Source: an uncultured SAR116 cluster alpha proteobacterium
Lineage (GTDB): Bacteria; Pseudomonadota; Alphaproteobacteria; Puniceispirillales; Puniceispirillaceae
Assembly: GCA_902623185.1 (NCBI GenBank)
Contig: CACNSW010000002.1
Span: forward strand, 23,654-87,653
Direction: 5' to 3'
Length of the DNA stretch: 64,000 nt
In this document: piece by piece, positions 10,539 to 23,680 of the stretch
Layout of the letters: the number at the start of each line of letters is the position of its first letter
Position numbering within the stretch: position 1 is the first letter of the stretch
Notes under the pieces: model-generated
What the model was told of the DNA's origin: nothing
Database searches by the model: none
Seen by the model: the letters and a program-made list of their open reading frames with translations, nothing else
Program-made: the position numbers and the translations under genes

Positions 10539-12044
10539 TTAGTTCTGCGCTAGCAGCGATACGCCACTCGACGAGACCGTATCAATCACAAGCTGGATTG
10601 ATCCCACCATCAAGTCGAGAAGTGAAGCAGGATAAACACCAAACCACAACACAATCACAGTGATCGGCAAAAAAATCGCAAATTCGCGCTGTGTCAGAGG
10701 TTCCATATCGTGCACCTTTTCGTGTATTATTCCTCCCAACATCACCCGACGATAAAGCCAAAGCATATAGGTCGCGCCCAGAACAAGTCCTGTTGCGGTA
10801 AAAAAAGCAACCCATGTACTGGCCTTCCAGGCACCAACGAGGACTAACAACTCACCTACAAAGCCGCTGGTGCCCGGGAGGCCAACTGATGCCAGCATCA
10901 TAAACATGAAGAACACCGCATAACGCGGCATCACCGCAGCCACACCACCATAGGCGCTGATTTCGCGCGTATGAAGACGGTCATAAACAACCCCAACGCA
11001 AAAGAATAGCGCTGCCGAAACAAGACCATGGCTGATCATTTGGAACATTGCCCCGGCAATGCCCTGTTCAGTCAGAGTGAAAATGCCTATTGTTACAAAG
11101 CCCATATGTGCAACTGATGAGTAGGCAATCAGCTTTTTCATGTCTGATTGTGCCAGTGCAACAAGCGACGTATAGATCACGGCAATAATCGACATAGCAA
11201 ATATCAATGGCGAAAAAAATTCTGAAGCATGTGGGAACATTGGCAGTGAGAAGCGGATAAACCCGTATCCACCCATTTTTAGAAGAACTCCGGCAAGAAT
11301 CATTGAACCGGCGGTTGGCGCCTCAACGTGCGCATCAGGCAGCCATGTGTGAACCGGCCACATCGGCACCTTGACCGCAAAGGACGCCAAAAAACCCAAG
11401 AACAACCACGTCTGCATGCCAACACCAAAGCTGTAAGCGGTAAGGATTGGTATGTCTGTCGTGCCTACCTCAATATACATTGCGAGTATGCAGACCAACA
11501 TCAAAACCGAACCAAGCAATGTGTATAGAAAGAATTTAAACGCAGCATAAACACGCCGCGCACCACCCCACACTCCAATAATAATAAACATTGGAATCAG
11601 TACCGCCTCGAAGAAGAGATAGAACATCAGCATGTCAAGCGAGACAAACATGCCAATCATCATTGTCTCAAGAACGAGGAAGGCGATCATATATTCTCGT
11701 ACTCGCGATTTGATCGATCGCCAACTCGCTAAAATTGCGAGCGGCGTAAGGAAGGTGGATAGCAGCACAAAAGGCATCGAAATACCGTCGATACCCATGT
11801 GATAGCCTATACCAGTTCCAGGCAGCCATTCAGCCTTTTCTTCAAACTGATAACCCGGCATTTTTGGATCGAAGCCAATTAAAAGGGCAAGCGAGACAAG
11901 GAAGGTAAACCCTGTGACCCAAAGGGTCACGTGCCTGGCATTTTGCGCTACTACCTCTCCCTCTCCTCTAATCAACAAAAGAAAAAGGGCTCCAAACAGC
12001 GGTAGAAACGTGACGATCGAAAGAATAGGCCATGCGCCGATCAT
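10539..12044 (-). CDS. nuoM: NADH-quinone oxidoreductase subunit M
   Basis: ND4-like ([14 protein letters not shown]). Confidence 0.95.
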   Translation of the reverse strand: MIGAWPILSIVTFLPLFGALFLLLIRGEGEVVAQNARHVTLWVTGFTFLVSLALLIGFDPKMPGYQFEEKAEWLPGTGIGYHMGIDGISMPFVLLSTFLTPLAILASWRSIKSRVREYMIAFLVLETMMIGMFVSLDMLMFYLFFEAVLIPMFIIIGVWGGARRVYAAFKFFLYTLLGSVLMLVCILAMYIEVGTTDIPILTAYSFGVGMQTWLFLGFLASFAVKVPMWPVHTWLPDAHVEAPTAGSMILAGVLLKMGGYGFIRFSLPMFPHASEFFSPLIFAMSIIAVIYTSLVALAQSDMKKLIAYSSVAHMGFVTIGIFTLTEQGIAGAMFQMISHGLVSAALFFCVGVVYDRLHTREISAYGGVAAVMPRYAVFFMFMMLASVGLPGTSGFVGELLVLVGAWKASTWVAFFTATGLVLGATYMLWLYRRVMLGGIIHEKVHDMEPLTQREFAIFLPITVIVLWFGVYPASLLDLMVGSIQLVIDTVSSSGVSLLAQN

Positions 12045-12047
12045 CCT

Positions 12048-13988
12048 TTACCCCCCTATTCCACGCATTCGCAGATAATACCAAGTGACCAAAATCACCA
12101 CGCCAACCAGCATTGCAAGAACATAATGAAAGACAAAGCCACTTTGGATGCGAGCGCAATATCCGGAAACTCTGTAAACCAGCCCCGACATGCCGTCTGG
12201 GCCAAAACCGTCAATGATATGTTTGTCTCCACGGTGCCATAGTAGGACACCAATCCTGACAGCGGGACCAACAAAAACGCGTTCATAAAGCTCGTCAAAG
12301 TACCACTTGTTGAAGAAGAAAAGATATATTGGTCGAAAGGCTGCAGCGACGCGCCCAGGCATGCCCGGCAGGAAGCCATAAAATAGCACGGCCAGCGCGA
12401 CTCCACTCGCCGCGAGCATTATTGGTAGTAGCTTGACCCAGGTAGGCACATGATGTGCCCTCTCCATGGCCTGGTTCCATGGCAAAATGAAAATCGATTC
12501 ACCCCAGAAAGTCATCATATCCTTACCGACAAACATTTCATATCCGAGCCAGCCAGCAAATATAGCACCAAGTGCCAGAACAAAAAGCGGAATGGTCATC
12601 ACCTTTGGTGACTCATGGATATGTGCCATCGCCTCAGCTGAAGCACGGGGTTTACCATGAAACGCCAAGATTAGCAGGCGCCAACTGTAGAATGCAGTAA
12701 GGAATGCCGCCATACAGCCCATCCAAAAAGCATAATTTCCAACTCCAGTATGCGCAGCATAGGCCGCCTCGAGGATCATATCCTTTGAGTAGAAACCTGC
12801 AAAAAAAGGGAAGCCGGCTAGCGCCAGAGAGCCGATCCACATCATCATGTAAGTCAACGGGATTTTATCCCATATGCCGCCCATCCGCCGTAGATCTTGC
12901 TCATCAGACAGGGCGTGAATAACGGATCCGGCGCCAAGGAACAGCAAGGCTTTGAAAAAGGCATGTGTTGTCAGATGGAACATCGCCGCCGGGTAGGCTG
13001 ATACTCCAGCAGCAAAGAACATATAGCCAAGTTGCGAGCAAGTCGAATACGCAATAACTCGCTTGATATCAAATTGCGTCATGCCGACGGTCGCGGCAAA
13101 AATTGCTGTTGTTCCGCCGACAATGGTGATCACTGCCAGTGAGACGGGAGCAAATTCAAGCATTGGAGACAAACGACAGACCATGAACACACCAGCTGTA
13201 ACCATTGTTGCTGCATGGATTAGCGCTGAGACCGGGGTGGGTCCCTCCATCGCATCCGGTAGCCAGGTGTGCAACCCAAGCTGGGCCGATTTGCCCATCG
13301 CACCAATAAACAGAAGGATGCCAGCCACCTCGAGGGCGGGAAGCGAAAAACCGAGGAAAGAAATATTGGTCTTAGAAAAAAGGCCAGCTTCAGAAAAGAT
13401 GACGTCAAAATCAATAGATCCAAAAATATGGTAGATGGCTAGAATGCCAAGAGCAAAACCAAAATCACCAACCCGATTCACTACAAAGGCCTTCATCGCG
13501 GCGATGTGAGCGCTGTCTTTTTTATACCAAAATCCAATCAACAGATAGGAGGCAACACCTACCCCTTCCCACCCAAAGAACAGCTGAACTAAATTGTCGG
13601 ATGTCACCAGCATAAGCATGGCAAAAGTAAAAAAACTTAGATATGACATGAATCTGGCTCTTGCCTTGTCATGTGACATATAACCGACGGAATAGATATG
13701 CACCATTGAGGACACGCCGGTAACAACAATCAGCATTACCGCGGTAAGCGTGTCGAAACGAAGGCGCCAGTGCGCGGCAAAGTCACCTGAGACAATCCAG
13801 CGAGCTAGATCAACTGTTACTGGCTTGCCGCCGATCGCAACTTCCGCAAATACAATAATCGAAAATAGGAATGAGAGCAGTAGGCAGGCAATCGTCGTCA
13901 ACTCAGCCACTCGGTCTCGATTATAAAAACTAAGAAAGCCAGCAATGACCGATCCAATAAGCGGCAAAAACACAATGGAGGAATACAT
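12048..13988 (-). CDS. nuoL: NADH-quinone oxidoreductase subunit L
   Basis: ND5-like, 646 aa (WLPDAMEGPTPVSALIHAATMV). Confidence 0.95.
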   Translation of the reverse strand: MYSSIVFLPLIGSVIAGFLSFYNRDRVAELTTIACLLLSFLFSIIVFAEVAIGGKPVTVDLARWIVSGDFAAHWRLRFDTLTAVMLIVVTGVSSMVHIYSVGYMSHDKARARFMSYLSFFTFAMLMLVTSDNLVQLFFGWEGVGVASYLLIGFWYKKDSAHIAAMKAFVVNRVGDFGFALGILAIYHIFGSIDFDVIFSEAGLFSKTNISFLGFSLPALEVAGILLFIGAMGKSAQLGLHTWLPDAMEGPTPVSALIHAATMVTAGVFMVCRLSPMLEFAPVSLAVITIVGGTTAIFAATVGMTQFDIKRVIAYSTCSQLGYMFFAAGVSAYPAAMFHLTTHAFFKALLFLGAGSVIHALSDEQDLRRMGGIWDKIPLTYMMMWIGSLALAGFPFFAGFYSKDMILEAAYAAHTGVGNYAFWMGCMAAFLTAFYSWRLLILAFHGKPRASAEAMAHIHESPKVMTIPLFVLALGAIFAGWLGYEMFVGKDMMTFWGESIFILPWNQAMERAHHVPTWVKLLPIMLAASGVALAVLFYGFLPGMPGRVAAAFRPIYLFFFNKWYFDELYERVFVGPAVRIGVLLWHRGDKHIIDGFGPDGMSGLVYRVSGYCARIQSGFVFHYVLAMLVGVVILVTWYYLRMRGIGG

Positions 13989-13994
13989 CTATTG

Positions 13995-14309
13995 TCACCC
14001 CTTCATCATGTTCACATCTTCAACCGCAATGGACCCACGGTTTCGGAAAAAGACAACTAAAATGGCAAGACCAATTGCGGCTTCGGCAGCAGCGACTGTT
14101 AGGATGAATAGCGAGAAAATCTGTCCTTCAAGATCACCGTTGTAAGCGGAGAACGCCACCATGTTGATATTTACAGCTAGCAGCATCAATTCAATCGACA
14201 TCAAAATGGTGATAACGTTCTTCCGGTTCAGGAAAATTCCGAAAATGCCAAGCGCGAATAAGATCGCCGATACAGTTAGATAGTGGCTCAAGGATAGTTC
14301 AAACATCAT
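13995..14309 (-). CDS. nuoK: NADH-quinone oxidoreductase subunit K
   Basis: ND4L-like three-TM protein, 104 aa. Confidence 0.95.
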   Translation of the reverse strand: MMFELSLSHYLTVSAILFALGIFGIFLNRKNVITILMSIELMLLAVNINMVAFSAYNGDLEGQIFSLFILTVAAAEAAIGLAILVVFFRNRGSIAVEDVNMMKG

Positions 14310-14959
14310 GAATTACTCTCACTTCTTGAGGTCGACTTAGATGTCTTCACACCGGAGGCCGAGAGGTTTTCCGGGCTCACGCCACTTGGCACAGATATAA
14401 CCTCAACTGTTTCTGCACGGCTACGCAAGTTCTGCGCGACAATTGACTGACGGCGAACACCCTCACGCTTGCGCATAGTCAGCGAAATTGCCCCAATCAT
14501 TGCTACTAAAAGGATTAAACCTGCGACCTGAAACAAATAGATATATTTGGTGTAAATCACGTTGCCTAGAGCACGCGTATTGGAGATATTCATCACCTCG
14601 GGCAGCGTCGCACTACTAAACGCATCGCCATACATAGCCGCAATGAGTTCAAACAAAAGAATGCACCCGACAACAAGGCCCAACGGCAAATATTTCTGAA
14701 ACCCAGCCCGCATCTCGGCAAAATTGATGTCGAGCATCATAACGACAAACAGAAAAAGAACCGCCACCGCGCCGACATATACTACGACCAGTAGCATAGC
14801 CAAAAATTCCGCACCGATCAGCACAAACAACCCAGCTGCATTGAAAAACGCTAATATCAGAAACAACACGGAATAGACTGGATTGCGCGAAACCACGACC
14901 ATCATGCCGCTGACTAGCATTATTCCGGCAAATAGATAGAAAAACAGGGCCTCAATCAT
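14306..14959 (-). CDS. nuoJ: NADH-quinone oxidoreductase subunit J
   Basis: ND6-like; assigned from operon position. Confidence 0.93.
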   Translation of the reverse strand: MIEALFFYLFAGIMLVSGMMVVVSRNPVYSVLFLILAFFNAAGLFVLIGAEFLAMLLVVVYVGAVAVLFLFVVMMLDINFAEMRAGFQKYLPLGLVVGCILLFELIAAMYGDAFSSATLPEVMNISNTRALGNVIYTKYIYLFQVAGLILLVAMIGAISLTMRKREGVRRQSIVAQNLRSRAETVEVISVPSGVSPENLSASGVKTSKSTSRSESNS

Positions 14960-15016
14960 GTCTGCCCACTTTCATGCGATATAAGCAAAATCAACTATCC
15001 CCCGAAGCCTTACAAC

Positions 15017-15505
15017 TCAGCGCCACCGCGCATCAGCGCCCAGGTTGCGGGCAATTTCTGTTTCCCAGCGATCACCATTCGCTAGCAATTTATCCTTGTC
15101 ATAATAAAGTTCCTCCCGGGTCTCAGTCGCAAATTCAAAATTCGGGCCTTCGACAATCGCGTCAACCGGGCAGGCTTCTTGACAAAACCCACAATAGATG
15201 CATTTCGTCATGTCTATGTCATACCGCGTTGTCCGGCGGCTGCCATCATCTCGAGGCTCCGCCTCGATGGTGATAGCCTGCGCCGGACAAACGGCCTCGC
15301 ACAATTTACAAGCAATGCAGCGTTCCTCACCATTCGGATAGCGGCGCAACGCATGCTCACCACGAAACCGAGGGGACAGGCTGCCCTTCTCGTAGGGATA
15401 ATTGATAGTTACCTTTGGCTTGAAAAAATATTTCAAGGTCAGGAACAGGCCCTTACCTAGTTCCAGCAACAGAAAAGATCGAAGTGAGTCCGTAAATGCA
15501 CGCAT
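15017..15505 (-). CDS. nuoI: NADH-quinone oxidoreductase subunit I
   Basis: Two 4Fe-4S ferredoxin motifs, [12 protein letters not shown] and [12 protein letters not shown]. Confidence 0.96.
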   Translation of the reverse strand: MRAFTDSLRSFLLLELGKGLFLTLKYFFKPKVTINYPYEKGSLSPRFRGEHALRRYPNGEERCIACKLCEAVCPAQAITIEAEPRDDGSRRTTRYDIDMTKCIYCGFCQEACPVDAIVEGPNFEFATETREELYYDKDKLLANGDRWETEIARNLGADARWR

Positions 15506-15520
15506 GATGTCCTCCGCGCC

Positions 15521-16546
15521 TTAGCCAGCAATCATAGCAGGTAGACTATCGGTTACCATCAGGAATCCGGCAGTCGCCACAACATAAAGAAGTGAAAAAG
15601 GCAAAAAGATCTTCCAACCAAGGCGCATCAACTGGTCATAACGGTAGCGCGGCGTTGTCGCTCTCACCCACAAAAAGACAAACAAAACCAGCATGATCTT
15701 TAAAATGAACCAGATTGGCCCTGGAATTACATTGAGTGGAAAAATATCAAATGGTGGCAGCCAGCCTCCCATAAAGAGAACCACGGTCATGCCGCTCATC
15801 AGGATCATATTGGCATATTCACCGAGGAAGAATAGAGCAAAACTCATAGAGGAATATTCAACGAGGTAGCCGGCAACCAGCTCTGACTCACCCTCTGGCA
15901 AGTCAAAAGGAGCGCGGTTTGTCTCAGCGAGTGTCGAGATGAAAAACACTACAAACATCGGTAACAACGGCAGAGCAAACCAAATGTCACGCTGCGCTTC
16001 AACAATTGCGCTTAGATTAAGCGAGCCGACACAGAGCAGCACATTAATAATGACAAGCCCCATCGAGACTTCATACGATACCATCTGCGCAGCCGAACGT
16101 AGTGCGCCGAGGAAGGCATATTTTGAATTACTTGCCCAGCCTGCCATGATTACGCCATAAACACCGAGCGAGGAAATTGCGAAAAGGTACAGGATACCAA
16201 CATTGATGTCAGCAATCACCAACCCCTCGCCAAACGGGATCACTGCCCAAGCAACAATAGCTAAAATAAATGTCAACATCGGCGCAAACAGGAAAACAAT
16301 TTTGTTAGCTCCGGCAGGAAGAATGGTCTCCTTGGCCATAAGCTTCAGCGCATCGGCAAAAGGCTGTAATAGTCCAAACGGACCAACCACATTTGGTCCC
16401 TTGCGTAATTGCATGAAGCCAATAACCCTACGCTCAGCTAGCGTAAGGTAGGCAACAGCAATCAAAAGAGGCCCTACAACCATCAAAATCTGTGCAAGAA
16501 TCCAAGCCACATTGACCACAAAGCTGTGCGTGAGAAAATCAAACAT
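15521..16546 (-). CDS. nuoH: NADH-quinone oxidoreductase subunit H
   Basis: ND1-like ([20 protein letters not shown]). Confidence 0.96.
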   Translation of the reverse strand: MFDFLTHSFVVNVAWILAQILMVVGPLLIAVAYLTLAERRVIGFMQLRKGPNVVGPFGLLQPFADALKLMAKETILPAGANKIVFLFAPMLTFILAIVAWAVIPFGEGLVIADINVGILYLFAISSLGVYGVIMAGWASNSKYAFLGALRSAAQMVSYEVSMGLVIINVLLCVGSLNLSAIVEAQRDIWFALPLLPMFVVFFISTLAETNRAPFDLPEGESELVAGYLVEYSSMSFALFFLGEYANMILMSGMTVVLFMGGWLPPFDIFPLNVIPGPIWFILKIMLVLFVFLWVRATTPRYRYDQLMRLGWKIFLPFSLLYVVATAGFLMVTDSLPAMIAG

Positions 16547-16548
16547 GA

Positions 16549-18603
16549 CTATTCCGCCGCCTTAGCCTGATCTATATCCATTGCTCGCACACATTCGGCC
16601 ATTGTCTCTGATGCCCGGCTGATAGGGCAGGTCATGTAAAAGTTACCCACAGCAGCGGTTATCTCATTTGGCTTGATCTTGGCACGGCTCCCAAATTTAA
16701 CCCATTTCGCCGGCTTGATTATGTCACGACTGGCAAAATGTGGAACTGCACGGAAAAGTATCTCGCGAAGCTCATCTAGGGAATCAAATCCGATATTTAT
16801 CCCAAGAACTCCAGCAAACGCTCGTAGAATTGCCCAATCCTCGCGTGCCTGACCTGGTGGAAAAGCTGCCCGGTTCGCATATTGAACACGGCCTTCGGTA
16901 TTTAAATAGATACCATCCTTTTCAGTGTAGGCTGCGCCTGGTAGCACCACGTCGGCGTGATGTGCACCATTGTCACCATGATGCCCTTGATAAACAATGA
17001 AAGCATTTTTCAGGCGCGTCATATCAGCTTCATCAGCACCAAGCAACCAAACAAGATCAAGCTTATCAGCCTCGGCAGCCTTATACATCGCGTCCACATC
17101 TAACCCCGATTTTTCCGGTAAAAAGCCTATATCGAGACCCGCAACGCGCGAAGCTGCTAAATGCAAGACATTGAAACCATTCCAGTTTTTTGACACAACG
17201 CCATACATCTCGGCAATCTCCCTTGCATGACCAAGTAGTGTCGCCCCGTCCGGCCGCGCAAGTGCACCCATGCCAACGATGATCATAGGTCGCTTCGCCT
17301 TTTTCAACTTGCCGACAAATTTGTGCTTACCAGACAACAATTCTACGAGCACTGTCGGGTCATCACCTAAGAAAGTAGCGTCATAGGTAAGATCAGCTAT
17401 TGGCCCAACAACACCAACCGGCATGCCGGTGGCCAGCCAGTTCCGGCGAATGCGCGCATTCATCACTGCTGCTTCGACTCTTGGATTGCTGCCAATGATC
17501 AACAAAGCATCAGCTTGGTCAATTCCAGCAATAGTCGAGTTAAAAAGGTAACCAGCCCTTGGGCCGCCAACTTTAGCGCCGTCCTGTCGGCAGTCTAGAT
17601 TGCCGCTACCCAATTTGCAAAACAGAGTTTTTAGCGCAAACATGGCTTCTGCATCGATCTGATCGCCCGCAAGCGCTGCCATCGTCGAGGGCTTTGCCCT
17701 CTTCAACTTTGCAGCAATAACTTTAAAAGCCTCATCCCAGGTGGCTGGCGCCAGTCGGCCATCACGACCACGTATATAGGGCTGATCAAGACGCTGGCGG
17801 CGCAAACCGTCAACGGCATAACGGGTTTTATCGGAGATCCATTCCTCGTTGATGTCTTCATTCAGACGGGGCAACACGCGCATCACCTGCGCGCCACGAG
17901 CATCAATACGAATGTTGCTGCCAAGAGCATCCATTACGTCGATGGATTCGGTCTTATTTAACTCCCACGGGCGTGCCGAAAATGCGTAAGGCTTTGACGT
18001 TAGTGCACCAACTGGACAAAGATCGATGATATTAGCCGACAATTCAGATGCCAGCGCCTTCTCCAGATAAGTGGTAATTTCGACCGACTCACCTCGACCG
18101 ATTGCACCTAGTTCAGTAACACCAGCAACCTCTGTGGCAAATCGCACGCAGCGCGTACAATGGATACAACGAGTCATCGTCGTGCTGATCAAGGGACCCA
18201 TATGTTTGTTTTCAACCGCGCGTTTGTTCTCATCAAACCGCGAGCAATCCAGACCATATCCCATTGCCTGATCCTGCAAGTCACACTCGCCACCTTGGTC
18301 ACAGATCGGGCAGTCAAGAGGATGGTTGATCAACAAAAATTCCATGACCCCTTCGCGCGCTTTTTTTACCCTGTCGGTATCGGTGCGGATAACCATTCCC
18401 TCGCCCGCAGGCATCGCACAAGAGGCAATGGGCTTTGGTGCACGCTCCATGTCAACGAGGCACATCCGGCAATTGCCAGCAATCGACAGCTTATCGTGAT
18501 AACAGAATCTAGGAATTTCGACATTTGCCGCTTCACAGGCATGCAAAACGGTTGACCCCTCTTCGACCTCAACCTCAATGTCATTTACTGTCAGCTTGAG
18601 CAT
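16549..18603 (-). CDS. nuoG: NADH-quinone oxidoreductase subunit G (75 kDa)
   Basis: N-terminal Fe-S cysteine clusters ([35 protein letters not shown]) and a molybdopterin-oxidoreductase-like body. Confidence 0.96.
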   Translation of the reverse strand: MLKLTVNDIEVEVEEGSTVLHACEAANVEIPRFCYHDKLSIAGNCRMCLVDMERAPKPIASCAMPAGEGMVIRTDTDRVKKAREGVMEFLLINHPLDCPICDQGGECDLQDQAMGYGLDCSRFDENKRAVENKHMGPLISTTMTRCIHCTRCVRFATEVAGVTELGAIGRGESVEITTYLEKALASELSANIIDLCPVGALTSKPYAFSARPWELNKTESIDVMDALGSNIRIDARGAQVMRVLPRLNEDINEEWISDKTRYAVDGLRRQRLDQPYIRGRDGRLAPATWDEAFKVIAAKLKRAKPSTMAALAGDQIDAEAMFALKTLFCKLGSGNLDCRQDGAKVGGPRAGYLFNSTIAGIDQADALLIIGSNPRVEAAVMNARIRRNWLATGMPVGVVGPIADLTYDATFLGDDPTVLVELLSGKHKFVGKLKKAKRPMIIVGMGALARPDGATLLGHAREIAEMYGVVSKNWNGFNVLHLAASRVAGLDIGFLPEKSGLDVDAMYKAAEADKLDLVWLLGADEADMTRLKNAFIVYQGHHGDNGAHHADVVLPGAAYTEKDGIYLNTEGRVQYANRAAFPPGQAREDWAILRAFAGVLGINIGFDSLDELREILFRAVPHFASRDIIKPAKWVKFGSRAKIKPNEITAAVGNFYMTCPISRASETMAECVRAMDIDQAKAAE

Positions 18604-18618
18604 CAGTTTCTAGGCTCC

Positions 18619-19911
18619 CTATTCAGCGGCATTAACAGCGTCAACGGAGTGACGCGCAGCAATACGCCGCTCAATTTCCGGTCTAAAGTGCTTTATCAAA
18701 CCCTGAATTGGCCAAGCGGCCGCATCACCGAGAGCGCAAATTGTGTGTCCCTCAATCTGGCGAGTTAGCTGTTCCAGCGTGTCGATTTCATATGGCTCAG
18801 CTTCGCCACGTACTAGTCGTTCCATCATCCGCCACATCCAACCCGTGCCCTCACGGCAGGGCGTACATTGCCCACATGATTCATGCTTATAAAAATATGA
18901 CAGACGGGCAATCGCCTTTACGATGTCTGTGCTTCGATCCATAACTATGATTCCAGCCGTACCAAGGCCGGTGCCTGCTTCGCGAAGTGCATCAAAATCC
19001 ATGGTGATGTCATCACAAACAGCACGTGGCATCAGCGGAGTTGAGGAGCCACCTGGTATGACGGCCAGTAAGTTGTCCCAGCCACCACGAACACCACCAG
19101 CATGTTTTTCTAGCAAGTCGCGTAATGGGACGCCCATTTCTTCTTCCACATTACAGGGTTTGTTTACATGCCCAGAAATGCAAAATAACTTGGTCCCAGA
19201 ATTATTTTCCTTGCCTAGGCTGGCAAACCAGTCAGCACCACGGCGCAGAATGGTCGGCGCGACAGCAATCGATTCAACGTTATTGACTGTCGTTGGACAG
19301 CCATAAAGACCCACACCAGCTGGGAATGGCGGTTTCAGCCGAGGTTGGCCTTTCTTGCCTTCGAGCGATTCCAGCAGCGCGGTTTCCTCACCGCATATGT
19401 AGGCCCCCGCCCCGCGATGCAGATAGATGTCAAAATCCCAGCCGGATTTAGAGGCGTCCTTGCCAAGAAGGCCAGCGTCATACGCCTCATCAATAGCGGC
19501 CTGCAGACGGCGTGCTTCATTCACAAACTCGCCGCGTATGTATATGTATGCAACATGCGCTCGCATTGCAAAACCTGCAACAACACAGCCTTCAAGTAAC
19601 TTGTGAGGTTCGTTTCGAATAATGTCGCGGTCTTTACATGTGCCGGGCTCAGATTCATCGGCATTGACGACCAGGTAATGCGGGCGGCCTCTAACTTCCT
19701 TTGGCATGAACGACCATTTCAACCCCGTCGGAAACCCGGCACCACCGCGCCCACGTAGCCCCGAGGCCTTCATCCGCTCAACTATCTCGTCATGGCCAAG
19801 CTTGAGAAGCTTTTCTGTATCAGACCAATCACCGCGCTTTTTGGCTCCTTTGAGGCCTGCATCAGCCCACCCGTAGATATTTGTGAAAATACGATCCGAG
19901 TCTTTAAGCAT
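18619..19911 (-). CDS. nuoF: NADH-quinone oxidoreductase subunit F (51 kDa)
   Basis: [19 protein letters not shown] and [10 protein letters not shown]. Start set at ATG 19911 (MLKDSDRIF), overlapping nuoE by 8 nt; the track ORF extends to 19989. Confidence 0.95.
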   Translation of the reverse strand: MLKDSDRIFTNIYGWADAGLKGAKKRGDWSDTEKLLKLGHDEIVERMKASGLRGRGGAGFPTGLKWSFMPKEVRGRPHYLVVNADESEPGTCKDRDIIRNEPHKLLEGCVVAGFAMRAHVAYIYIRGEFVNEARRLQAAIDEAYDAGLLGKDASKSGWDFDIYLHRGAGAYICGEETALLESLEGKKGQPRLKPPFPAGVGLYGCPTTVNNVESIAVAPTILRRGADWFASLGKENNSGTKLFCISGHVNKPCNVEEEMGVPLRDLLEKHAGGVRGGWDNLLAVIPGGSSTPLMPRAVCDDITMDFDALREAGTGLGTAGIIVMDRSTDIVKAIARLSYFYKHESCGQCTPCREGTGWMWRMMERLVRGEAEPYEIDTLEQLTRQIEGHTICALGDAAAWPIQGLIKHFRPEIERRIAARHSVDAVNAAE

Positions 19912-20536
19912 TGGGCGCCCCCGATTGTTTCGGTTTAAGCTTCGCAAGACTAGTTGCACCACCGGTTGCCTCAGATCCCGACCGACCACTTACCGACCCT
20001 ACAGGAAGCGGTTCGTCCGACTCCAACGAATCTAGCAGAACAGCTGTAGTTGCATAATCAAGATCTTCGTAGAAATCGTCATTGACCTGAATGATCGGAG
20101 CGTTGACACAGGCGCCGAGACATTCCACTTCGAGAAGAGAAAAGCGCCCGCAGTTCGAAGTCTCCCCAGAAACGATACCATAACGGTCCTTGACGCAACG
20201 CATGATCTCGTCGGAACCACGCAACCAACATGGTGTTGTCGTGCAGGCCTGGAGAAAATAGGTGCCAACTGGCTTGAGATTAAACATAGTGTAGAAAGTG
20301 GCAACCTCAAGCACCCTAATCTCAGCCATATCGAGCGTTTTCGCAATTAATTCAATGGCCTTCATCGGGATCCAATTGTGGTGCTGCCGTTGGGCAAGAT
20401 CGAGCAGTGGCATCACCGCACTAGCCTGCCGACCTTTGGGGTATTTGGCGACTATACGATTGACCTCCTTCTCATTCTCTGCCGAGAATATGAAGTTGTC
20501 AGGCTGGTCTTTGGCTATGCGGGCGTCAATGTTCAT
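19904..20536 (-). CDS. nuoE: NADH-quinone oxidoreductase subunit E (24 kDa)
   Basis: Thioredoxin-like 2Fe-2S subunit ([10 protein letters not shown]...CLGACVNAP). Confidence 0.95.
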   Translation of the reverse strand: MNIDARIAKDQPDNFIFSAENEKEVNRIVAKYPKGRQASAVMPLLDLAQRQHHNWIPMKAIELIAKTLDMAEIRVLEVATFYTMFNLKPVGTYFLQACTTTPCWLRGSDEIMRCVKDRYGIVSGETSNCGRFSLLEVECLGACVNAPIIQVNDDFYEDLDYATTAVLLDSLESDEPLPVGSVSGRSGSEATGGATSLAKLKPKQSGAPNA

Positions 20537-21711
20537 CTATCAATCTCACCGAAAACAACATCCAGCGATCCAATGATCGCCACTGAATCTGCAAGCATGT
20601 GACCGCGTGAAAGATGGTCCATGGCAGCCATAAAATAAAATCCCGGAGCCCTGATCTTACAACGATAAGGTCGGTTTGATCCATCAGCAACAAGATAGAC
20701 ACCAAATTCACCCTTTGGCGCCTCAACAGCGGTATAACTGTCGCCCTCTGGAACATGAAAACCCTCTGTGTAAAGCTTGAAGTGATGGATCAGCGCTTCC
20801 ATCGAATTCTTCATCTCGCCGCGTTTCGGGGGGGTGACCTTGTTATTTTTCGCAAGCACCGATCCCTGGGGCATCATGGAAATGCACTGATCAATGATTC
20901 GAAGCGATTGGCGCATTTCCTCAATCCGGACAAGATAACGTGCATAACAATCGCCGGTTTTGCCAATTGGCACGTCGAAATCCAATTCGGAATAAACGTC
21001 GTAGGGCTGTGACTTACGCAAGTCCCAGGCAATGCCGGAGGCACGCAAACAAGGTCCGGTCATAGCCAGGTCAAGCGCATCTTCCTCACTGATCACACCA
21101 ATATCTACGGTACGCTGCTTGAATATTCGGTTGTCAGTCAAAAGCATTTCCAAATCATCAATGAAAGATGGAAATTTTGCTGCCCATTGGGATATCTCGT
21201 CGAGAAGCCCGTCGGGTAAATCTTGATGCACTCCACCGGGCCGGAAATAGGCCGCATGCAAACGCGCGCCACAGGCGCGCTCATAGAAACCCATCAGTTG
21301 CTCGCGTTCCTCAAAACCCCAAAGCAGAGGCGTCATCGCACCAACATCAATAGCGAAGGTAGTCAAATTCAGCAGGTGATTAAGAATGCGGCCAATCTCG
21401 CAAAACAGAACCCGAATAAATTGCGCCCGTCGTGGAACTATGATGCCAAGTGATTTTTCGATCGCCAAAGCCCACGCGTGTTCCTGGTTCATTGGAGAGA
21501 CATAGTCTAGTCGGTCAAAATAAGGCAAAGCCTGCAGGTAGGTCTTGTGTTCAATCAGCTTTTCAGTACCCCGATGTAGCAAACCCACATGCGGATCTGC
21601 GCGCTCAATAACCTCGCCATCCATTTCCAAGACAAGACGCAACACGCCGTGAGCCGCCGGATGCTGCGGGCCAAAATTCATGGTGATTGGCTTGATTTGC
21701 ATTTCCGCCAT
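20533..21711 (-). CDS. nuoD: NADH-quinone oxidoreductase subunit D (49 kDa)
   Basis: [15 protein letters not shown]...HRGTEKL. Confidence 0.96.
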   Translation of the reverse strand: MAEMQIKPITMNFGPQHPAAHGVLRLVLEMDGEVIERADPHVGLLHRGTEKLIEHKTYLQALPYFDRLDYVSPMNQEHAWALAIEKSLGIIVPRRAQFIRVLFCEIGRILNHLLNLTTFAIDVGAMTPLLWGFEEREQLMGFYERACGARLHAAYFRPGGVHQDLPDGLLDEISQWAAKFPSFIDDLEMLLTDNRIFKQRTVDIGVISEEDALDLAMTGPCLRASGIAWDLRKSQPYDVYSELDFDVPIGKTGDCYARYLVRIEEMRQSLRIIDQCISMMPQGSVLAKNNKVTPPKRGEMKNSMEALIHHFKLYTEGFHVPEGDSYTAVEAPKGEFGVYLVADGSNRPYRCKIRAPGFYFMAAMDHLSRGHMLADSVAIIGSLDVVFGEIDR

Positions 21712-21722
21712 AACCGCCGCTC

Positions 21723-22382
21723 CTATTCACTTTTACCAGATTTGTCAGCAGGGCCTGAATCGATTTGATTCTGCATGCCCTCCCATGGGCTTAGGAAATC
21801 GAAATCACGAAATTCTTGCACCAGACTGACCGGTTCATTAACCACGCGTCGCATTGTGTCGTCGTAACGAACCTCAACATTACCGGTTAGAGGAAAATCT
21901 TTGCGAAGTGGATGCCCCTCAAAACCATAATCAGTAAGTAATCGGCGCAGATCTGGATGACCAGAAAAGAAAATACCAAACATGTCCCAGACCTCACGCT
22001 CAGCCCAATTAGCAGAACTGAAAAGTCCAACAATTGATGGAACTGCTTGCCCCTCATCAACGGCCATCAGCACTCGCATACGCATGTTGTTTTTCATCGA
22101 CAATAGCTGGTAAACCATTTCAAAACGCTCTGGCCTGTCGGGGTAATCAACTGCTGTTAAATCGGTGAGTTGATTGAATGACGCCACCACATCATCGCGC
22201 AGGCTAGTCAGCATATTGACCAAAGCTGATGGAGTGGTTCGCAAGATAATCTGGTCGCCTGCAATGGCAGCCTCAGAGATCGCGTCGCCGAGCAAATGCT
22301 GCAGATGCAAAACCATAGCTTTCTCTGCGGTTGGCTTGAAAATTGCCGACTGGTCAGCCTCGATTTGATCCATTTCAACCAT
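21723..22382 (-). CDS. nuoC: NADH-quinone oxidoreductase subunit C (30 kDa)
   Basis: [27 protein letters not shown]. Confidence 0.95.
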   Translation of the reverse strand: MVEMDQIEADQSAIFKPTAEKAMVLHLQHLLGDAISEAAIAGDQIILRTTPSALVNMLTSLRDDVVASFNQLTDLTAVDYPDRPERFEMVYQLLSMKNNMRMRVLMAVDEGQAVPSIVGLFSSANWAEREVWDMFGIFFSGHPDLRRLLTDYGFEGHPLRKDFPLTGNVEVRYDDTMRRVVNEPVSLVQEFRDFDFLSPWEGMQNQIDSGPADKSGKSE

Positions 22383-22471
22383 TAACGTCCCTCGGAGTGA
22401 AAAACATCACGTTGCTTTTATTTTATTTTCAACCTAGATCGGCTCAGCCGATCCGATAAAGTGATCGTCCC

Positions 22472-23020
22472 TTACGCTCTGGCGATTGTTGCCGTGCGCC
22501 TGATTTTCTTTTGCAGTTGCAAAAGGCCATAAATTAAAGCCTCGGCAGTTGGCGGACACCCGGGAACATAAACATCTACCGGCACAATCCTATCGCACCC
22601 TCGAACCACGGCGTAAGAGTAGTGATAATAGCCACCGCCATTAGCACATGAACCCATCGACAACACCCAACGTGGCTCAGGCATCTGGTCATAGACGCGG
22701 CGTAATGCTGGTGCCATCTTGTTAGTCAGAGTGCCAGCGACAATCATCACATCCGACTGTCGGGGGCTCGGTCGAAACAACATGCCATAACGATCCATGT
22801 CATAGCGACTAGCAGCCGAATGCATCATTTCTATTGAACAGCACGCAAGACCAAAAGTCATAGGCCACAGAGAGCCGGAACGCGCCCAATTAAAAAGCTT
22901 GTCCGCTTTAGCAACCACAAACCCTCGATTTGTAATTTCATCACCAACTGCTTCAAGAATCGCGTCCTGATCCGACCCTGGAGGGATCGGCGGTGCAGCG
23001 TATGGATCAATCACTCCCAT
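22472..23020 (-). CDS. nuoB: NADH-quinone oxidoreductase subunit B (20 kDa, PSST)
   Basis: [20 protein letters not shown] and PGCPP. Confidence 0.96.
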   Translation of the reverse strand: MGVIDPYAAPPIPPGSDQDAILEAVGDEITNRGFVVAKADKLFNWARSGSLWPMTFGLACCSIEMMHSAASRYDMDRYGMLFRPSPRQSDVMIVAGTLTNKMAPALRRVYDQMPEPRWVLSMGSCANGGGYYHYSYAVVRGCDRIVPVDVYVPGCPPTAEALIYGLLQLQKKIRRTATIARA

Positions 23021-23376
23021 TCAAGAGCCCCTTTTTTCCATTCATAAATGAACCCAACCGTCAACACGGCGAGAAACAACATCATCGACCAGAAACCAAA
23101 TTGGCCGATCCCACCAAGCGAAACTGCCCAAGGAAATAGGAAGGCAATTTCAAGATCAAAGATGATAAAAAGTATAGCGACAAGATAAAAACGAACGTCA
23201 AATTGTCGCCGCGAGTCATCAAAAGCGTCAAAGCCACACTCGTAGGCGGCCATCTTTTCTTCATCTGGCCGCTGATTGCCAAAAATAAAGGCTGTAGCCA
23301 CAAAAACCACAGACAATCCAGCTGCAAGCGCAAAGAAAATGGCAATTGGCAAATATTCGGACAAAAACTCCGGCAA
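23011..23376 (-). CDS. nuoA: NADH-quinone oxidoreductase subunit A
   Basis: ND3-like (YECGF...[11 protein letters not shown]). The only in-frame ATG (23445) adds 23 atypical residues. TTG at 23376 with GGGAG 6 nt upstream gives the canonical length of about 121 aa. Confidence 0.9.
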   Translation of the reverse strand: MPEFLSEYLPIAIFFALAAGLSVVFVATAFIFGNQRPDEEKMAAYECGFDAFDDSRRQFDVRFYLVAILFIIFDLEIAFLFPWAVSLGGIGQFGFWSMMLFLAVLTVGFIYEWKKGALEWE

Positions 23377-23680
23377 CTTCTTCTCCCGACCACGTATTAC
23401 GACATTCGACTGATTAATCCAGCACCGCAGTAAAAGCAACCCCAAGACCCTTAGTTTCGGCCATTATCGGGCGCATTTGCCGCGCCATTTCGGCCAGAAT
23501 ATCCACAGTTCTTTATTAAGCCTCCAATTAACCGGGTGGTAGCCTGTAAATAGCAGTAAATTTAGATAGTGATATAAAATTTTATTTACGCCGGAAAACT
23601 ATTCTGCTTCGGTTTTTTAGATTAAATGCTTGCCCCATGCAACATTAACAGATGACGCTACTGGAAGTGGATAAAAGCTG

